A stretch of 58,001 bases of DNA, the filler included, from Sphacelaria rigidula (taxonomy: Eukaryota): NCBI GenBank assembly GCA_964200075.2. It is 4 parts of 4 records of this genome, joined end to end, with 100 filler letters (N's around TTAATTAATTAA, not from the genome) between each part and the next. Parts side by side here need not be neighbours in the genome. Positions count along the whole stretch, not along the records: positions 43,579 to 58,001 come from CAXNAA020002255.1; 3 more parts are not named here. One strand, given 5' to 3'. The notes below the pieces were generated by a model. The model was given only the letters and a program-made list of their open reading frames with translations. It did no database searches and was not told where the DNA came from. The translations under genes and the position numbers were made by a program. Positions 52,201 to 58,001 of the stretch are shown one piece after another. Each line of letters starts with the position of its first letter. Within the stretch, counting starts at the first letter, position 1.

Positions 52201-55200
52201 CCTGGGTTGCCAAGATCGTCGCCAGTGGCACCGTGCGCGGGCTCTACCGCCTCGCCGCTGCCGTGGACAGTCGCCCACGACTTGGGTGTCCACGGACCTC
52301 CTGTACTTGCACTAGACAGCTGAGTAGCTGCGTTTGTGCTGCCGTCAAAATCAAACGCGGCCGCTCCCGGCGAACCGACGACGCGGCGGAGCTCAAAAAT
52401 GACGTGGGCCACAGACTCGACTGTGGGACACTCGTTGGTACCCGCTTGCCCGGCCTCAGGAGTACCCATGCCGCCACCGCTCCCTTCGTTGTGCTGCCAC
52501 ATTCCGACCTGATCAATGGAATGATGGCCATCCTTCATGACCGATTCTAGAGACTGCGCAAGAGCGCGTACGCTGTGCGTCAATCCTAACCACACGCCAA
52601 CTCCTCCATCCCACCCCTCTCCTACCGACTGCATCACGGCGTTCACATCTACACTTGGTACGCTGCGTCCTCCCCTCCCGCGCTCCTCCTCACCCTCGCA
52701 TTCCTTCTTACACCCAGCCCAATACAGGAACTGCTTCGCGAAGGCAAATGCCGAATACGTGGAAAACAAAGGGGCTGGTACTCCAAAGCTTCCGGTGATC
52801 CTGCTATTGTTGCCTTCATCTCCGAAGCCGCCGATAACACCCCCTCCTGTCCTTCCTGGCCCGCCTGACCCCCTTGCCCTATCATCACAGTCTTCTCCAT
52901 CTTCAGTTCCCTCAAAACAGCTCGTCCCTGCTCCTCGATGGGAAAAGCCCACCGCCTCTGCGGTAAGCGATGCTAAGACCGCCGACAAACCTTGTGGGGG
53001 TCGAAACTTAGACTGTTTCAGAGACCCTGCGCTGCCCCCGCTTCCGCCCCCGCCCGACCCAGCAGCCGTTCTGAGTCCCTCCGCCGCCCGTCCAGCCGCC
53101 GCCAACAGTGTGAAAGTGTCGATGGCCGCCCAAAAAATCAGCGAGGAGTGCTGTTGTGACTGCTGCTGCGTAAGGCGATTGGAATTTTCGGTGATGGTGC
53201 CCCTGTGGGTGGTGCCCGCGACGCGATCCTTCAGAGTATTGTTGCCGGAGCGGGTGTAGGCACCGATGCGGGTGGGTGATAGCGGCCTCGTGGAGTGTTC
53301 TCGCGAAGGTGGTGATCGGTGGGAGGACAAGAAGGACGGGCTGGGCGTGACAGCTGTAGTGGGCGGGCGAAAAAGGTAAGATGGGGCGGGAGGGAACATG
53401 GACCAAACACGGCGTCGGTGCGTTGGAAGTGCATTGTGGGAAAGCTTGTTTCCAGTCAGATAGTGAGCAGATGCTGCCAAAATTCAAGAACAGGAGGGGG
53501 GGCGTACTCATTTGTTGCTGGTCTTGTCATTTGACCACTGACCACCCACCCCCTTCGAGACGGAGCACCCACCGCTTCTACTCCTTATTGAGACACCTCC
53601 AACACTGGAGCGCCCGTTACGTTTCTTTCATATATTACACGACACCTTTGACATATCTGAGCTCCTTCATGGTTCGCCGTCTGTGGCCATCATTCGCCTC
53701 CTGCTGTAGCGACTGTTTCCCCGCTACAATGCAAAGTACCACGCGATCCCCTGTCATGTTCGATTAGCTTCCTCATCTCCGCCTTGTACAGTTAACATCC
53801 TCCCACCAGAGGAGTTCTAACCTTTTTTGTCTGCCACAATGACAATTCTGTGCCTTTCATTCCTTCTTCACCCGCTTACTGCTATGCATCTTCCTCTCGT
53901 CTGGCAGGTCCAGGTCCCCCACGCGAAATCGCAGTTTTAGCTTTTCGCTGAGTCCATCGGGCCATGCAGATATGTTTTCGTTTTCATCCCTTCTGTCCAT
54001 CCCCGATATACGTTCAGCTGCTCTTTTTCATTCAACTTCTTCCTCAGCGCTTGTTTCCCTCGTATTTCTGTCGTTTCATCTACTTTTGCGACCCCCCCCA
54101 CAGTCACCTCTGGACAAAATCTCTCTGGTTCCTCCTATATCCTTCCATACTGTCTCGACGACGTTATCCCACCTTACTCCAGCCTGCCCTCTCGCTACTT
54201 TCTTCCACCCAGCCTTATCTACCATTATAGCTAGTCATTTCTTTCCTGGCATGTTCCTCAAGAATTTTTGTCATTTCATTTTTCTCGTCCTCTATCTGTT
54301 CCAAGTCGATACATTCTCAATTCCGCTCTCAACATCGTATCACTTGGTGTTTTTGAGCATCCAACTACTTTCTTAGCTACCGTCATATGTACTGTCTCCA
54401 TCTGCTTCAAGAGCGTCGCGTTCCCTTCCCATACTTCTCCTGCATATTCGAGCTTTAGCACAGTCTCATAGATCAGAATACATATCCCAACCTCGGTGTC
54501 CAGGCGCAAGTCTCGTAGGAACTCGCTCATCTTGCCTTTCCGTGCCACACTCTCTCCAACCAGCTCTTCACCCATCCACGTCGAGGTCTGTATATTGACC
54601 TACGATCGGTAATTCCTTTTCTCCCCACGTCCATTTGATTTGTGCGGGGTTGCTTTCATTACACATAGCCAATGTGCTTCTTATTTTTCACGTCCGCTGT
54701 CACTCTCCATTTCCTAGCGTATTCTAGTGCGTTCTCTATAAGCGTATGCAATCCTTGTGGTGTTTCTAATACCGTCACGAAATCACCCGCGAACGTCAAT
54801 CCCAACACCGAATCATCCCCGACATTTCATTGATATCATCATATCGTTGATAAATACCTTGAATAAGGTGGGTGATGAAGTACATCCTTGTGCAACTTCT
54901 TGTACAATATCAACATATTTCGATGTGTCCCCATCTAGCATCATAGCGCTTCACGCACATTCCTTCATTTTTCACTCTTCTCCGCATCTTTCCTCTGATT
55001 CTCACATATTTTTTCAGACGATCATGACCATGGGGCGAGGAGAGGGAGGGATGGGTACATATGATCGTAAGACATTGGCCTCGTATACCTACAACGCCGG
55101 GACGGAGCACGCCGGGTTTTCGCCAGACCTCGCAGTCACCAAGCGCGAAGCGCCGTCATAAGTTCGACGAGTCGCATGAAGGGTGAGATACATCCTGCTG

Positions 55201-56483
55201 AAATTGTTCGTGCCGAAACGCACGTATTATCTTCCTTGTGGATGATAACCTACTATGAGTTGCTTCATTTTCTCGTACCGCCACTTCCAGAGATAGCCAC
55301 TGGTTGCACAATGCCTCATGGATATCTCACCACGGAGCGCGCGCGCGGGGGGGGGGGGGGGGGGGCACTCATGATGGTGCATGCCATAGTCATATGACCA
55401 TTGACCTAGCATCCCTACAAAGCCGGGACGGGGCACGCCGGGTTTTCGCCTGACCAGGCTCGCACTCAATCACCAAGGGCGAAGCGCCGTGGTTGTGTTC
55501 GGCGAGTCGTATGAAGGGTGGGCTGCATCCTGCTGAGGTTGTTCGGCCCGAAGCCTACTGATTATATTGCATTTGGATGACAGCCTTCAACGAGTTGATT
55601 CATTTTCTGGTATCGCCACTTCCAGAGACAGCAGACAGCCACGGCTTATACACTGCCTCATAGGTGCCTCACCATTAAACACTGCGTAGTACGATCATCC
55701 CCATTGTGCGGAGTTGAGGCTCTCCCACGCCGAACAACATGATCCAGCTTGACTACCATCATGGATACCGCAAAAAGAAACGCAAGCGCGCAAACCAAAT
55801 CGGTAACCTGGTTGCCTAGCTTACGCAGTGAGCGGCGTCTTCATAGCGTCCTCGCCAACCCACCCCAACCCCATCGGGGATCACCCCTACAAAGTCGGGA
55901 TGGAGCACGCCGGGTTCTCGCCGGACCAGACGCGCGCCATCAACAACGACTCCAGATGAAGAGGGCAACGACGGAGTATGGTGTCTGGGTGCATTCAGGC
56001 TGGCCAAAACAAGCTGAGCCGGGCTTACCCCCTTCCCCCCTTCCTCCTTCGACCGGGGGGGGGGGGGGGGGTACCCTTTTTTTTTTTGCTTTGGGCGTTT
56101 GCCCCTTGACCCCCCATCCCTTTCGAGGGGGGGGGGGGGGGGGGGGGGGGTGCCCTCTTTGGCGGCTCGACGGTGTCGCCTCCCCTCGGCCCCCTCTCCC
56201 CTCTCGGGCCGGGGAGGGGGGGGGGGGGCGGGGCAACAGAAATCACCTTCAGACCGAAATACAACACTAGTTACTCACTGTTGAGCAGACAGTCTACCAT
56301 GGCCTCCGCGACGGTGACCACGATGGATAGGGCCGGTAGTGGACCAACCATGCCGGGGTGGCATGGCGGAGGATGACCAGCCACGCGGAACGAGTGGCGA
56401 TCTTGATCACGCTGCCCTTTACCATCCGCATTGTCAGCACAACCAGGTGCTTGCTCCGGAGCTGGGGGCGACACGCGCACCGT
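45354..56483 (-). CDS. Large low-complexity-rich protein, 3' part (~1794 aa visible); weak FANCI-like C-terminal motifs
   Basis: Exons 56279-56483, 53646-53723, 51318-53473, 48855-50927, 45354-46226 join in frame (5385 nt). Ends RSRNTVIDGWLHESDEGHVNGADAFVDLEDFIVG*. The gene model is well supported; the product identity is tentative. Confidence 0.8.
47512..47660 (+). mobile_element. Partial copy of the ~580-bp element (spans a 10-N gap)
   Basis: GACCATTGACCTCGCATCCCTACAAGGCCGGGACGGAGCACGCCGG ... GGTATCGCCACTTCCAGAGACAGC. Confidence 0.8.
48855..50927 (-). CDS. Large gene, 2073-bp exon
   Basis: ccag| acceptor at 50928, AAG|gtgatt donor; open frame throughout. Confidence 0.85.
51318..53473 (-). 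CDS. Large gene, 2156-bp exon
   Basis: ggcag| acceptor in phase 1; probable GC donor CAG|gcatgt. Confidence 0.8.
53646..53723 (-). CDS. Large gene, 78-bp exon (TGKQSLQQEANDGHRRRTMKELRYVK)
   Basis: tgtag| acceptor and |gtgtcg donor; phase 1/1 bridges its neighbours. Confidence 0.65.
53765..55010 (-). mobile_element. Degenerate, 5'-truncated LINE reverse transcriptase
   Basis: EVAQGCTSSPTLFKVFINDM, GLTFAGDFV (decayed FADD), LKLEYAGEVWEGN, LRAEL; several stops and frameshifts. Confidence 0.9.
55055..55930 (+). mobile_element. Tandem partial + full copies of the ~580-bp element with ~45-bp internal direct repeat
   Basis: Partial copy 55055-55335; G run at 55347; repeat CCCTACAAAGCCGGGACGGAGCACGCCGGGTT.TCGCC.GACCAG at 55413 and 55885. 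Confidence 0.85.
56279..56483 (-). CDS. Large gene, most upstream exon identified
   Basis: gatag| acceptor, A|gtgagt donor; ...LPALSIVVTVAEAMVDCLLN. Confidence 0.7.
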
Positions 56484-57368
56484 CTATCAAACGATAACAC
56501 GCGCGTGTTCCGAAGGGGGATCACGGGGAAATCGGTAGGGTTGTGTATCGTGACGATACATGTGCGCGATATCGGTCGGTAAGATATCAGTGTCGCCTTC
56601 CGTCGGGGGCGACATATCGCGGTATCACATACCGGGATATATCGCGGGTAGACGGCGATACATGGCAGGTGTGATAGTCATGTGATCGTGTGATCATTGC
56701 TACGTGTGAGTGCAGTTTCAGCGCTTTTATCGGTGTTGGTCGTGCGTAGTGCACCAGCTATGAGTACTTGGGGAAGTTGGTGGCGTCAAAGACGCAAGTT
56801 GAGTGTTCCAAATCTGTTACGGATTTTGTGTCGACGAATGCCTGGATGGTCAATGTCTCAAGAACCGATAATGATCCTCCTTCGCAACTTTTTGAAGCGT
56901 GAAACGTATCGACAAAATCGTAAGAGGCGCCACGTGCGAATTTAAAAGATGTATCGAACTTTATATATCTATCGCGTGACGAGAATTGAACATATCTATC
57001 GTATCGCCAAATCGCCATGACACTCAACCCTTGGAACCACTGACTTGAGGGTGGGTGAGGGGCTCTACAGTAAACCACGGTCGCGACAACAGAACAAAGC
57101 GCTACATGGGAACTGCGCATAAGACGTTCCATAGCGTGTGCAAGTTGGATGCTTCATCATAGCGCGGGGAGATTGTTGACACATGCAGAGAGTAAACAGA
57201 AGCTTCCGAGATATATTTGCGAACGTGTCCACGCGCAAGTCATAGCCTCGAGCATAACCATCAACGCGTTGATGATAAAAGGACAATCGAGTGTGGTACA
57301 CCAACATTTAAACTGCCAACACGTCAGCCACAACATCGGGAGTGAGAGGTGACGCCAAAGTTGGTGGG

Positions 57369-58001
57369 AAGGGGGCACTCACGATCTCGCATGCCGCAGA
57401 CATATAACCATTGGCCTCGCATCCCTACAGAGCCGGGACGGAGCACGCCGGGTTCTCACCGGACCGGGCTCGCAATTAATCACCAAGCGTGAAGCGCCGT
57501 GATGTGGTCGGCGAGTCGCATGGAGGATGAGCTGCAGAATATCCTGCTGAGATTGTTCGGCCCGGGGTGTACTAATTATCTTGCATTTGCATGACAGCCT
57601 CCGATTAGTTGCCTCATTTTCTGGCATTGCCACTTCTAGAGACAGCCACGGCTTACACGCTGCCTCATGGGTGTCTCACCATTCAAACACTACGTAGTAT
57701 GATCATCACCTTTGCGCGGAATCGACATTCTCGCAACCCAATACGATCTGCTCGACCACCATCATGATTACCGCAAATAAAACGCAAGCGTGCGCGAAGA
57801 AAACGGTAACCTGGTAGCCTAGCTTACGCAGTGAGTGACGTGTTTGACGGTTTCATTGCCAACCGACAACCCCGTAGGGGGTTCGTCCCTACAGAGCCGT
57901 GAAGGAGCACGCCGGGTTTTCGCCGGAACAGTCGGAGGGGGGCCGGGGGGGTGTAATCATGATCATGCATGCCATAGTCATACGACCATTGACCTAGCAT
58001 C
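57369..58001 (+). mobile_element. Full copy plus start of a further tandem copy of the ~580-bp element
   Basis: Direct repeat at 57423 and 57887; G-rich run at ~57935, then the element head restarts. Confidence 0.85.

Noticed and set aside
55190-55235. Hammerhead-like CTGCTGA...GAAAC in the 580-bp element
   Set aside because: The core deviates from CUGANGA, GAAA is absent in the other copies (GAAG, GGGG), and stems I and III are unconvincing.
56758-57378. Further upstream exons of the large gene
   Set aside because: No phase-consistent, convincing splice pair was found.

Overview
Eukaryotic, intron-rich, repeat-rich genomic DNA. Gene style, introns and repeats suggest a brown alga or related stramenopile (inference only). 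The window is four contigs joined by artificial N44-TTAATTAATTAA-N44 spacers. Host genes reconstructed by hand from splice sites: (1) the C-terminal half of a high-molecular-weight thioredoxin reductase (8 exons, minus, 179-14367); (2) a Zn(II)2Cys6 transcription factor (minus, ~20326-24990); (3) a compact-intron gene of unknown function (plus, ~38113-40386); (4) the 3' part of a very large gene with weak FANCI-like C-terminal motifs (minus, 45354-56483, includes a probable GC-AG intron). The rest is mostly mobile DNA: a decayed ORF with a PIN/XPG-like nuclease and Cys-rich tail resembling Academ DNA transposons (30176-32604); a LINE RT relic; a tRNA-SINE; a TIR element with 8-bp TSD and internal minisatellite; a TA-flanked MITE; and two unusual short families with terminal redundancy. 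One of these has palindromic, tRNA-like termini; the other follows G runs and has a possible 5S-like head. There is also a tandem ~500-bp unit carrying a long fold-back. No CRISPR array, rRNA gene or intact tRNA gene was seen.
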